Part shown: in pieces, positions 1 to 7,851 of the stretch
Layout: the number at the start of each line of letters is the position of its first letter
How positions within the stretch are numbered: position 1 is the stretch's first letter
Assembly: GCA_028868715.1 (NCBI GenBank)
Contig: JAGWUB010000002.1
Coordinates: 8,430 to 72,429 of the forward strand
DNA from: Patescibacteria group bacterium
Lineage (GTDB): Bacteria; Patescibacteriota; Minisyncoccia; Phycocordibacterales; UBA9973
Reading direction: 5' to 3'
Length of the DNA: 64,000 bases
Notes under the pieces: generated by a model
The model's input: the letters and a program-made list of their open reading frames with translations, nothing else
The model's database searches: none
Told to the model about the DNA's origin: nothing
Translations under genes and position numbers: made by a program

Positions 1-138
1 AAGATAAACCAAGTCAATGAACTCAAGGAAGAATTTTCTGAATTAGAAGGAGAGAGTAGCCTTCTTACCCATGAATTATTAAAAATTAAATCAGAAGAAG
101 AAAAACTCAAAGAAAAAATAAACACACTGGAACAATAG
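1..138 (+). CDS. 3' end (partial) of an upstream gene; C-terminal coiled-coil tail (…ELKEEFSELEGESSLLTHELLKIKSEEEKLKEKINTLEQ*)
   Basis: Frame +1 is open from the window edge to TAG at 136-138. The heptad-like, charged sequence looks coiled-coil. The N-terminus is outside the window. Confidence 0.3.
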   Translation, partial: KINQVNELKEEFSELEGESSLLTHELLKIKSEEEKLKEKINTLEQ

Positions 139-186
139 AAGCTCCAAATAGTTTGTGTTATAATATATACTGTAGCTTTTTTAAAA

Positions 187-579
187 TTGCATATTATGTC
201 AAACGAAAAAAAAAGTATATTGATAGTTGATGATAAAATTTCCACTATGTCTTCTTTGCTTAACATGCTTACAACTGAAGGCTTTAATGTGATCCAAGCG
301 ACAAATGGTGAGGAGGGCCTAAAAAATGCTTTTCAATTTCATCCTGATATTATTTTACTTGATATAGTGATGCCCATTATGGATGGTTTGACAATGCTTA
401 AAATTCTGAGACGTGATACTTGGGGGCGGAATGTCCCCGTTGTCGTTTTAACAAATTTAGATAATGACAATAGCGCTGTTGCTGCCCTTGATAGTTTAGC
501 TTACGATTACTTAATCAAAAATCAAACCAAGGATGAGGAGATAATGCAGATAATAAAAAATAAAATTAACCAGCAATGA
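187..579 (+). CDS. Stand-alone response-regulator receiver (CheY-like REC) domain protein
   Basis: ILIVDD…DIILLDIVMPIMDGLTML…VVVLTNL…YDYLIKN carries the phospho-acceptor Asp pocket and the conserved T/K positions of REC domains. There is no output domain. The stop overlaps the start of the next ORF (ATGA). Confidence 0.75.
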   Translation: MHIMSNEKKSILIVDDKISTMSSLLNMLTTEGFNVIQATNGEEGLKNAFQFHPDIILLDIVMPIMDGLTMLKILRRDTWGRNVPVVVLTNLDNDNSAVAALDSLAYDYLIKNQTKDEEIMQIIKNKINQQ

Positions 580-1289
580 TTCAATTTTCTAAAAAAATAA
601 TAATTATCTTTCTATTCTTCTTTATTTTTTTAAATTTTTCTCATACTTCTGCCGTAGAAAATATAACTCCAACCATAACATTATTTCCAACGATATATTA
701 TGCTGGGGATGAAGTTTTACATATAGAAGGACGGGCACAACCAAGCTCAAATGTTGAAATTGTTTTTAATTCAATTGACTGGGCGCCAAAAAGTTTTACC
801 GTAGGGAGTGATGCTAGTGGTAAATGGGTTTTTCTTCAGAGATTGTATCTAGAGGAGGGAAGGTGGGAAGTAAAAGCTCGAAATACCATAGACACGACAT
901 CTCAATCCGTTTGGTCTGATTCGGCGGATTTTATTTCTGTACCAACAGTTTTTGTGTTTGCTGGTATAAAAATAAAATTTTCTACGTTAAATGTACTTTT
1001 GATCGCTAGTTTAGCTTCTTTTGTGCTTATTATAATCCTATCAATTTTTAGATTTAAATCAGTTCAAAAAGAAGTCAGGGCTTTTCGCCTCGGATCTACC
1101 GAAAGACTAATAAAAGGAAGAATAGACGATGTGCGCCGAGATATAACCGAGGAATTGTGGCGTTTAGAGAAAAAACTAAAGCAAAGCGGATCTTTTACCC
1201 CAGAAGAGGCTGAGCATCGGGAAAAGCTCCTAGTGGAATTAAGAAAATATGAGAAAGAAATGGAGGAAGACATAATGGGTGTTTTGTAA
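576..1289 (+). CDS. Single-pass membrane protein: signal/TM segment, extracytoplasmic beta-rich domain, TM helix, cytoplasmic charged coiled-coil tail
   Basis: Hydrophobic N-terminus (IIIIFLFFFIFLNF), a second hydrophobic span (VLLIASLASFVLIIILSIF) and a K/E/R-rich C-terminus. Appears translationally coupled to the REC gene. No recognisable family. Confidence 0.45.
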   Translation: MIQFSKKIIIIFLFFFIFLNFSHTSAVENITPTITLFPTIYYAGDEVLHIEGRAQPSSNVEIVFNSIDWAPKSFTVGSDASGKWVFLQRLYLEEGRWEVKARNTIDTTSQSVWSDSADFISVPTVFVFAGIKIKFSTLNVLLIASLASFVLIIILSIFRFKSVQKEVRAFRLGSTERLIKGRIDDVRRDITEELWRLEKKLKQSGSFTPEEAEHREKLLVELRKYEKEMEEDIMGVL

Positions 1290-1319
1290 TAATAACCATA
1301 TAAGTGATATAATATAAGC

Positions 1320-2291
1320 ATGAAAAATATTTTCATTACAAGAGAAATACAAGCAGAAACCATAAAAACACTAAGAGACAAAGGATACAATATAACAATT
1401 GGTAAAAAAAAGACTCCTCTAACTCAACAAGAAATAATCAAAGAAATAAAGGGTAAAAACTATGATGCGGTCATTACCTTACTCACTGACAAAATAGACG
1501 GAAAAGTTTTTGACGCCAGCCCAGCTACCAAACTTTTCGCTAATTATGCTGTCGGCTATGACAATATTGACCTAGTCGAAGCTACTAAAAGAGGAATTAG
1601 TGTAACTAACACACCCGGAGATTATGTAGATGGTGTGGCCCAGCATGCGATAGCTCTTTTACTTGCTTTGATGTCTCGGCTCGTAGAAGCAGATACCTTT
1701 GTGCGAAAAGGAAAATATAAGGGATGGGATCCAATGCTTTTCCTGGGATATAAATTAAAAGGTAAAACTGTGGCTGTCATAGGTACCGGCAGAATAGGTG
1801 AACAAGTGGCCTACAAACTTCACTGTGGTTTTGGTACAAAAATAATTTATTACGATACAGTAAAAAATGAAAGAATAGAAAAAGATTGTGATGCGCAATT
1901 AATGACTTCTCTAGATGAAGCACTTTCGGTGGCGGATATAATTTCTATCCATGTTCCACTTTTACCTTCTACCCATCATCTAATAAATAAAGAAAATTTA
2001 AAGAAAATGAAACCTTCTGCATATATTATCAATACTTCCCGTGGCCCAGTGATTGATGAAAATGCTCTAGTCTATGCTCTTAAAAATGGTGAGATACGTG
2101 GTGCAGGTTTGGATGTGTATGAATTTGAACCAAAACTTGCAAAAGGGCTCACGAAATTAAAGAATACAGTACTGTCGCCCCACATCGCCTCAGCACAATT
2201 TGAATCAAGAGAAGAGATGGGAAGAATTTTAGCAGAAAATGTTATAGATTTTTTTGAAGACAGAATACCTAGAAATAAAGTCAATAAATAA
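1320..2291 (+). CDS. D-isomer-specific 2-hydroxyacid dehydrogenase (glycerate/hydroxypyruvate reductase or D-lactate dehydrogenase-like), NAD(P)-binding
   Basis: GYDNIDL…TNTPG substrate-domain motif, GTGRIGEQVA Rossmann motif, and the catalytic R/E/H context (…TSRGPVIDE…LDVYEFEP…SPHIASA). Confidence 0.8.
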   Translation: MKNIFITREIQAETIKTLRDKGYNITIGKKKTPLTQQEIIKEIKGKNYDAVITLLTDKIDGKVFDASPATKLFANYAVGYDNIDLVEATKRGISVTNTPGDYVDGVAQHAIALLLALMSRLVEADTFVRKGKYKGWDPMLFLGYKLKGKTVAVIGTGRIGEQVAYKLHCGFGTKIIYYDTVKNERIEKDCDAQLMTSLDEALSVADIISIHVPLLPSTHHLINKENLKKMKPSAYIINTSRGPVIDENALVYALKNGEIRGAGLDVYEFEPKLAKGLTKLKNTVLSPHIASAQFESREEMGRILAENVIDFFEDRIPRNKVNK

Positions 2292-2297
2292 AAACTT

Positions 2298-3752
2298 ATG
2301 GAACCGCAGATGGGAAAACTTATAGTGGCTAGGCATGGAGAGTCCGAGTGGAACAAAGCCAATTTATTTACCGGTAAAACTGATGTACATTTGAGCACGA
2401 ATGGATTTAAAGCATCAGAAGAATTGGGTGCTCTAATCAAAGATATTGAAATACATAAAGTTTTTGCTTCCACTCAAGCACGCACTATAGAGACAGAGGT
2501 CTGTATGATGAGTGGAGGAAAACAATGTTGTTCTGAAAATATACACTATTCCAGTGCGCTAAATGAAAGAGATTATGGAGATTATACTGGAAAAAATAAG
2601 CTAGAAAAAGAACATGAATTAGGGAAAGAGGAGTCTGATACACTTCGCCGTGCTTGGAATTATCCCATACCCAACGGGGAAACTTTAAAAATGGTATACG
2701 AGCGGTCAGTTCCTTTTTTTCTGCAAGAAATTTTACCAGTTTTAAGAAATAGCGAGAACGTGCTCATTGTTTCGCACGGAAATACCGTGCGATCTCTTTT
2801 GAAATACATAGAAAAAATTTCAGATATAGATATAGAGAAAGTAGAAATGCCATTTAATGAAATTTTTATTTACGACCTCGATCACGACGGACATTTTATA
2901 AATAAAGAAATAAGGAAAATAGGTGATAAAGTGAAGCCTGTGCAAGAAAGCAGAGTAAGGTCACTGACACAAATTGTAGCTACCATCGGTCCAGCTTCTT
3001 CTGAATACGTTGTGTTAAATGAAATGGTAAAAGCAGGTATGGATATGGCTAGACTAAATTTTTTCTGGCCGGAACCAGAAGAAATAAAAAAAAGAATTGG
3101 ACTGATAAAAAAAACTGCCAAAGAGAACAACACTAATATTAAAATATTAGTAGATTTACCAGGGCCTAGACTACAAGATAAAGACGGGCATATATATGAC
3201 ATCAATGCTTCTAAAGCTATAACCGCCAAAGACAAGGAATTAATAAAATTTGCGATAGAAAATGATGTAGATTACTTATCGGTATCCTTTGTTGGAAATA
3301 AACAAGATATTTTGGACTGTAGGGAGGAAATAAAAAAATGGAATGGTAGACAAAAAATCATCGCTAAAATTGAACGAGCAGTGGCTATAGAAAACATAGA
3401 TGAAATAATAGCAAATGCAGATGCAATCATGATAGCCAGAGGGGATTTGGGAAACGAAATACCCATTGAGAAAATACCATTTGCCCAAGATGATATTATT
3501 AAAAAATGTAAACAAGTTGGTAAACCAGTGATCACCGCAACCCAAATGCTCTATTCTATGAAAGACAACCCATCTCCGACTCGTGCTGAAGCCACCGACG
3601 TGGTCAATGCTGTCATGGAAGGTTCAGATGCTGTTATGCTCTCTGAGGAAACATCTATTGGAAAATATCCCATCAGGGCAGTGTATGTGATGGAGCACTT
3701 GGCGCTTGAAGCAGAATTACATTTAAAAAATCCTAAGTTCAACACTTTTTAA
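2298..3752 (+). CDS. Fusion protein: N-terminal 2,3-BPG-dependent phosphoglycerate mutase (histidine-phosphatase, ~aa 1-205) joined to a minimal pyruvate-kinase-like A-domain barrel (~aa 215-484) that lacks the B (lid) and C domains
   Basis: The N-terminal part has RHGESEWN, LNERDYGDYTG and SHGNTVRSL, the dPGM hallmarks. The C-terminal part has IVATIGPAS, MIARGDLGNEIP, ITATQMLYSM and PTRAEATDVVNAV, matching PK motifs. The NFSHG and DTKGPEIRT motifs are degenerate (ARLNFFWPE and VDLPGPRLQ), and there is no ~100-aa B-domain insertion or C-terminal domain. Confidence 0.7.
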   Translation: MEPQMGKLIVARHGESEWNKANLFTGKTDVHLSTNGFKASEELGALIKDIEIHKVFASTQARTIETEVCMMSGGKQCCSENIHYSSALNERDYGDYTGKNKLEKEHELGKEESDTLRRAWNYPIPNGETLKMVYERSVPFFLQEILPVLRNSENVLIVSHGNTVRSLLKYIEKISDIDIEKVEMPFNEIFIYDLDHDGHFINKEIRKIGDKVKPVQESRVRSLTQIVATIGPASSEYVVLNEMVKAGMDMARLNFFWPEPEEIKKRIGLIKKTAKENNTNIKILVDLPGPRLQDKDGHIYDINASKAITAKDKELIKFAIENDVDYLSVSFVGNKQDILDCREEIKKWNGRQKIIAKIERAVAIENIDEIIANADAIMIARGDLGNEIPIEKIPFAQDDIIKKCKQVGKPVITATQMLYSMKDNPSPTRAEATDVVNAVMEGSDAVMLSEETSIGKYPIRAVYVMEHLALEAELHLKNPKFNTF

Positions 3753-3754
3753 TT

Positions 3755-5002
3755 ATGGCTATTATTTCAAAACTAGAAGCCAAAGAAATTTTAGATTCTA
3801 GGGGGAACCCCACCGTCCAAGCCTCCTGTCGGCTACAAGATGGAACAATAGAAATTGCCTCAGTGCCATCTGGAGTAAGTACCGGTAAATATGAAGCATT
3901 TGAGCTTAGAGATAATGATATGAATAGATATAGAGGCAAAGGGGTAGAGAGGGCTGTGGGAAACATAAATGGAGAAATTTCAGAATTTTTAGTTGGAAAA
4001 GAATTGGACCAGAATACTCTAGATGAGGCTCTGATAAATTTAGATGGTACAAAAAATAAACAAAGACTTGGGGCAAATGCCATACTGGCAGTTTCGCTGG
4101 CTTTTGCGAGAGCCTCAGCTAAAGAGAAGGGAATACCACTTTTTAAGTACCTAGCAAATATATATTTTAAAAATGAAAATGAAAGAATGTATAAAATTCC
4201 ACAACCAGTTTTCAATACCATAGAGGGTGGTAAGCATTCAGATAGCGGACTATCTTTTCAGGAGTTTTTATTAGTTCCACAAGAATTTGAAAATATAAAA
4301 ATAAAATTAGAAGTAATAAAAAAGATATTTATATCCTTAAAAGATCTACTGGTAAAAGATGGGTATGAAGTAAATCTAGGTGATGAAGGTGGATTTTCTC
4401 CAAAGCTTTCATCTGATGAGAAAGTTTTAGAATATTTCAATATGGCTATTTCTTCTGCTGGCTATAATGCAGATCAAGTAAAAATTGGACTAGATGTTGC
4501 TGCCACGACTTTTTTCAAAGATGGCCTTTATCTTATAAAAGAGAATAAATTAAATACGCGAGAAATGATAGAAATGTATAAAAAATTATGTGAGCAATAC
4601 AAAATAATTTCAATTGAAGATGGGCTCAACGAAGAAGATTTTGCTGGGTTTGCGGAAATGAATAAAGCATTAGGTCAGATGATAAATATTGTGGGAGACG
4701 ATATTACTGTCACCAACATTGATCTAATTAAAAACGCAATAAATAATAAATCCATCAACACTCTCCTCATCAAACCAAATCAAATTGGCACACTTTCGGA
4801 AACTATGCAGGCCATCAGATTGGCAAAAGAAAATAATATTAAAACTTTCATATCTCACAGAGGTGGCGAGACAGAGGATACTTTTGTTGCTGATTTGGCA
4901 GTCGCCGTGGGCGCTGATTTTATAAAGGCCGGTGGCCCAACTAAGCCGGAGCGAATAGTAAAATATCATAGACTGATAGAGATAGAAGAGCTTATTAAAT
5001 GA
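3755..5002 (+). CDS. eno: Enolase (phosphopyruvate hydratase)
   Basis: AIISKLEAKEILDSRGNPTVQA…SVPSGVSTGKYEAFELRD is the canonical enolase N-terminus, and the C-terminal barrel motifs (IKPNQIGTLSET, SHRGGETED) are present. Starts 3 nt after the PGM::PK ORF. Confidence 0.9.
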   Translation: MAIISKLEAKEILDSRGNPTVQASCRLQDGTIEIASVPSGVSTGKYEAFELRDNDMNRYRGKGVERAVGNINGEISEFLVGKELDQNTLDEALINLDGTKNKQRLGANAILAVSLAFARASAKEKGIPLFKYLANIYFKNENERMYKIPQPVFNTIEGGKHSDSGLSFQEFLLVPQEFENIKIKLEVIKKIFISLKDLLVKDGYEVNLGDEGGFSPKLSSDEKVLEYFNMAISSAGYNADQVKIGLDVAATTFFKDGLYLIKENKLNTREMIEMYKKLCEQYKIISIEDGLNEEDFAGFAEMNKALGQMINIVGDDITVTNIDLIKNAINNKSINTLLIKPNQIGTLSETMQAIRLAKENNIKTFISHRGGETEDTFVADLAVAVGADFIKAGGPTKPERIVKYHRLIEIEELIK

Positions 5003-5033
5003 CTTTTTAAGCCTATTCTGTTATATTCTCTCT

Positions 5034-5855
5034 ATGTCTAAATTATCTGTGGGAATTGTTGGCTTGCCAAACGTTGGAAAATCTACGCTTTTTAATGCGC
5101 TTACTAAAAAGGGTGTGCCAGCAGAAAATTATCCTTTTTGTACCATTGATCCATCAGTAGGAATTGTTCCGGTTCCAGATGAAAGGCTAGATAAGCTTTC
5201 AGCTATGAGTAAGTCCAAGAAAACCATACCGGCGGTGGTAGAGTTTGTGGATATCGCAGGTCTGGTTAAAGGAGCTTCTACTGGAGCTGGACTCGGTAAT
5301 AAATTTTTGTCTCACATACGTGAGGTGGACGCTATTATTGAAGTGGTCCGAATTTTTGAGGATAAAGACATGATTCATGTGCACGATAAAGTGGACCCAC
5401 TTTTTGATATTGAAGTTATAAATTTTGAATTAGAACAAGCTGGAATTAAAAAGCCAACACTATATGTATTAAATACATCAGAAGCATCTGACAATGTAAA
5501 AAAAGATTTTATCTCAAGTCTTCCTGGGCCTTACTTAGAAGTAGACCCGATTTTTGGTACAGGATTAGATAATTTAATTAAATCTAGTTACGATTTATTG
5601 AACTTGATTACCTTCTTTACCACTGGAGAGGATGAGTCTAGAGCCTGGACAACCAAGCGGGACGCTAAAGCTCCAGAAGCAGGACGATCTATTCACAACG
5701 ATTTTAAGGAAAAATTTATTCGCGCGGAAGTAATAAACTGGAAAGATTTACTTGATTGTGGGTCTTATGCAGTTGCTCGATCAAAAGGACTAGTACGCAC
5801 CGAAGGCAAGGAGTACGTCGTACAAGACGGCGATGTTATCGAGTTTTTGGTGTAG
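5034..5855 (+). CDS. ychF: Ribosome-binding ATPase YchF/OLA1-like (Obg family), short form lacking the central helical insertion
   Basis: GIVGLPNVGKSTLFNALT P-loop, DIAGLVKGAS G3 region, and a C-terminal TGS-like segment (EGKEYVVQDGDVIEFLV). At 273 aa it is ~90 aa shorter than E. coli YchF. Confidence 0.7.
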   Translation: MSKLSVGIVGLPNVGKSTLFNALTKKGVPAENYPFCTIDPSVGIVPVPDERLDKLSAMSKSKKTIPAVVEFVDIAGLVKGASTGAGLGNKFLSHIREVDAIIEVVRIFEDKDMIHVHDKVDPLFDIEVINFELEQAGIKKPTLYVLNTSEASDNVKKDFISSLPGPYLEVDPIFGTGLDNLIKSSYDLLNLITFFTTGEDESRAWTTKRDAKAPEAGRSIHNDFKEKFIRAEVINWKDLLDCGSYAVARSKGLVRTEGKEYVVQDGDVIEFLV

Positions 5856-6378
5856 CTGGTTTCTTCTTCTTATATTTTTTTACTTTCACTGCCACCTTCT
5901 TTATTTTTGGTTGAGCCTTTACTTTTATTGGCTTCTTCAAGCCCTCAATCTCATGCATGAGTAATGTGAGTGTGTTTTCTATATTTTTAAATTTCTCATT
6001 TTCTATTTGTTCATGTCTTTCTTCTTCTTCATCCTCAGAAATTTCTTCCACGTCCTCCTGAATTTCATCCACATCTTTTTGAATTTCATCCACGTCCTCC
6101 TGAATTTCATCCACATCTTTTTGAATTTCTTCAATGTCCTCTGACACTTCCTCCAGTTCCTCACTTTGTCTATTCACAGTGATTTGAATAAAAATTGAAA
6201 GGTAAATCGCTTCCAAGGATACTGCTGTTGTCAAAATTAATAAAATGCTTGAGGTATCAAAACCCAAAAATCGCAATCCAAAAATACCTATAAAAAAGAT
6301 TGTGTGAATTATTAAAGACCCAGTTGACCCGATAGCTGCCGTTAAGTTTTTAGAAAAATCATTAAATTTATCATTCAT
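5836..6378 (-). CDS. Membrane-anchored protein with an acidic 7-aa tandem repeat (DVDEIQE/K x5) and a lysine-rich basic C-terminal tail
   Basis: N-terminal hydrophobic helices, the repeat (EEIQKDVDEIQEDVDEIQKDVDEIQEDVEE) encoded by 21-nt DNA tandem repeats at ~6034-6153, and the C-terminal KVKAQPKIKKVAVKVKKYKKKKPATPKTR. The 3' end overlaps ychF by 20 nt on the opposite strand. Confidence 0.5.
   Translation of the reverse strand: MNDKFNDFSKNLTAAIGSTGSLIIHTIFFIGIFGLRFLGFDTSSILLILTTAVSLEAIYLSIFIQITVNRQSEELEEVSEDIEEIQKDVDEIQEDVDEIQKDVDEIQEDVEEISEDEEEERHEQIENEKFKNIENTLTLLMHEIEGLKKPIKVKAQPKIKKVAVKVKKYKKKKPATPKTR
6034..6153 (-). repeat. Near-perfect 21-nt tandem repeats (~5.5 copies) inside the coding region
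   Basis: cacgtcctcctgaatttcatc alternates with cacatctttttgaatttcatc, directly visible in the sequence. Confidence 0.85.
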
Positions 6379-6425
6379 AATTAGTCTTATTTATTATCTA
6401 ATCCTTATATGATATACTTTTTTAT

Positions 6426-6977
6426 ATGAATGCACAATCAAAAGTTCTTAAATGGTCCCTTATTATTGGTATTGTTATCGTGATTAACTTGTTTTTTAAT
6501 TACTCTCTTTCTTTGGTTTATAAACATCCGGTATACGAAAACTTTTGCCCGAATACAGCTCAAACCATCGAGACTATTAACACAAGAGAGCAGTGTATTC
6601 AGATAGGTGGACAGTGGAATGGCAATGTCTATGCGGTGCCTGCGCCTGTACCAGTAGAAAAAATAGCACAACCACAAGGTTATTGTGACCAGCAATTTAC
6701 TTGCCGAAATACTTTCGAAGCTTCACAAAAAGTATATGATAGAAATGTATTTATTACTCTGGTTCTCTTGGGTGCTATTTGTGTGGCGGTTGGAACTTTT
6801 CTCGGAGTAAATATGCTGATCAGTATTGCACTGTCTATCGCTGGGGTTTTATCATTTGTTATTGCCTCAATGCGATATTGGAGCTCTGCTGATGATCTAA
6901 TAAAAGTTGTTATTTTAGGAATTGCACTCGCTATTTTAGTTTGGGTGGCTATGAAAAAATTTAAAGATAATAAGTAA
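6426..6977 (+). CDS. Hypothetical membrane protein (N-terminal TM, Cys-containing extracytoplasmic segment, C-terminal TM helices)
   Basis: Hydrophobic segments at both ends and a coherent ORF with no antisense alternative. No family recognised. Confidence 0.4.
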   Translation: MNAQSKVLKWSLIIGIVIVINLFFNYSLSLVYKHPVYENFCPNTAQTIETINTREQCIQIGGQWNGNVYAVPAPVPVEKIAQPQGYCDQQFTCRNTFEASQKVYDRNVFITLVLLGAICVAVGTFLGVNMLISIALSIAGVLSFVIASMRYWSSADDLIKVVILGIALAILVWVAMKKFKDNK

Positions 6978-6981
6978 AAAT

Positions 6982-7851
6982 ATGTTTGAAAATTGGAAAA
7001 TATTTGAAGGTACTTACGTCAACCCCATCGTCCTAAAAGACAGAATGACAACGATAGAGGAGGTAAGACAAAGCTCCAAGGACAAAAATAAGGAAGTGAA
7101 TGAAGCTATTTTGGAGCGTTTGAAAATTATTGAAGTAAAATATTTATCAAAAGACAAAAAAGTTTATTTAGGGCAGATAGTCATCGATAAAGATTTGGCT
7201 GACAATATCTTGAAATTGTTTGATTATATTGAAAAAATGAATAACAACACTGATACAGCAGATGATAAGAAATTTTTTATAGAAAAAATAATACCGATAT
7301 CAAATGAAAAATATAAAGACAACGATGCTCTGTCTATGGAAGACAACAATACCTCTGCATTTAATTACAGATTAATAGAAGGAAAAAACAGATTATCTTC
7401 ACACGCCTTTGGTTTTTCTATAGATATAAACCCCAAGGATAATCCGGTTATGATTAATGGAGTAGTAAGTCAACCAAGAAATGGCAAGTATGATGAAAAA
7501 AATTCAAATACCTTAACCCCGCATCATAAGGTGGTAGAATTTTTAAAACAACGAGGATTTGAATGGGGTGGAGACTGGAAGTCTTCAAAAGATTACCATC
7601 ATTTTCAAAAGATCCTTCCCACCAAAGAGTACCTAAAGAATTATATTGATAACGCAATTGATAACACAGAAGAAAATATTTTAGATACACTTGGAAAGTT
7701 ATTTATCAATAGTTACAAATTGGAACATTTTCAGGCACTACTCAATTTTGTTAAAAATGATGTTATTATCAGCAAAATTGGCAAAGAACAATACTTGAAA
7801 TTTTTTAATCTTTTAAACGAGCAAATACATAATGCACAAATACGATCATAA
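6982..7851 (+). CDS. Hypothetical protein with a C-terminal LAS-type (peptidase M15 / VanY-like) metallopeptidase signature
   Basis: SSHAFGFSIDINP (H…D zinc-ligand motif) and GFEWGGDWKSSKDYHHFQ (WGG-W…D-HF motif of M15 D-Ala-D-Ala / L-Ala-D-Glu peptidases). The call rests on motifs only. Confidence 0.4.
   Translation: MFENWKIFEGTYVNPIVLKDRMTTIEEVRQSSKDKNKEVNEAILERLKIIEVKYLSKDKKVYLGQIVIDKDLADNILKLFDYIEKMNNNTDTADDKKFFIEKIIPISNEKYKDNDALSMEDNNTSAFNYRLIEGKNRLSSHAFGFSIDINPKDNPVMINGVVSQPRNGKYDEKNSNTLTPHHKVVEFLKQRGFEWGGDWKSSKDYHHFQKILPTKEYLKNYIDNAIDNTEENILDTLGKLFINSYKLEHFQALLNFVKNDVIISKIGKEQYLKFFNLLNEQIHNAQIRS

Noticed and set aside
1064-1390. 108-aa minus-strand ORF
   Set aside because: It is antisense to the end of the 576..1289 gene and the start of the dehydrogenase gene, and its sequence is of low-complexity composition. 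Likely spurious.
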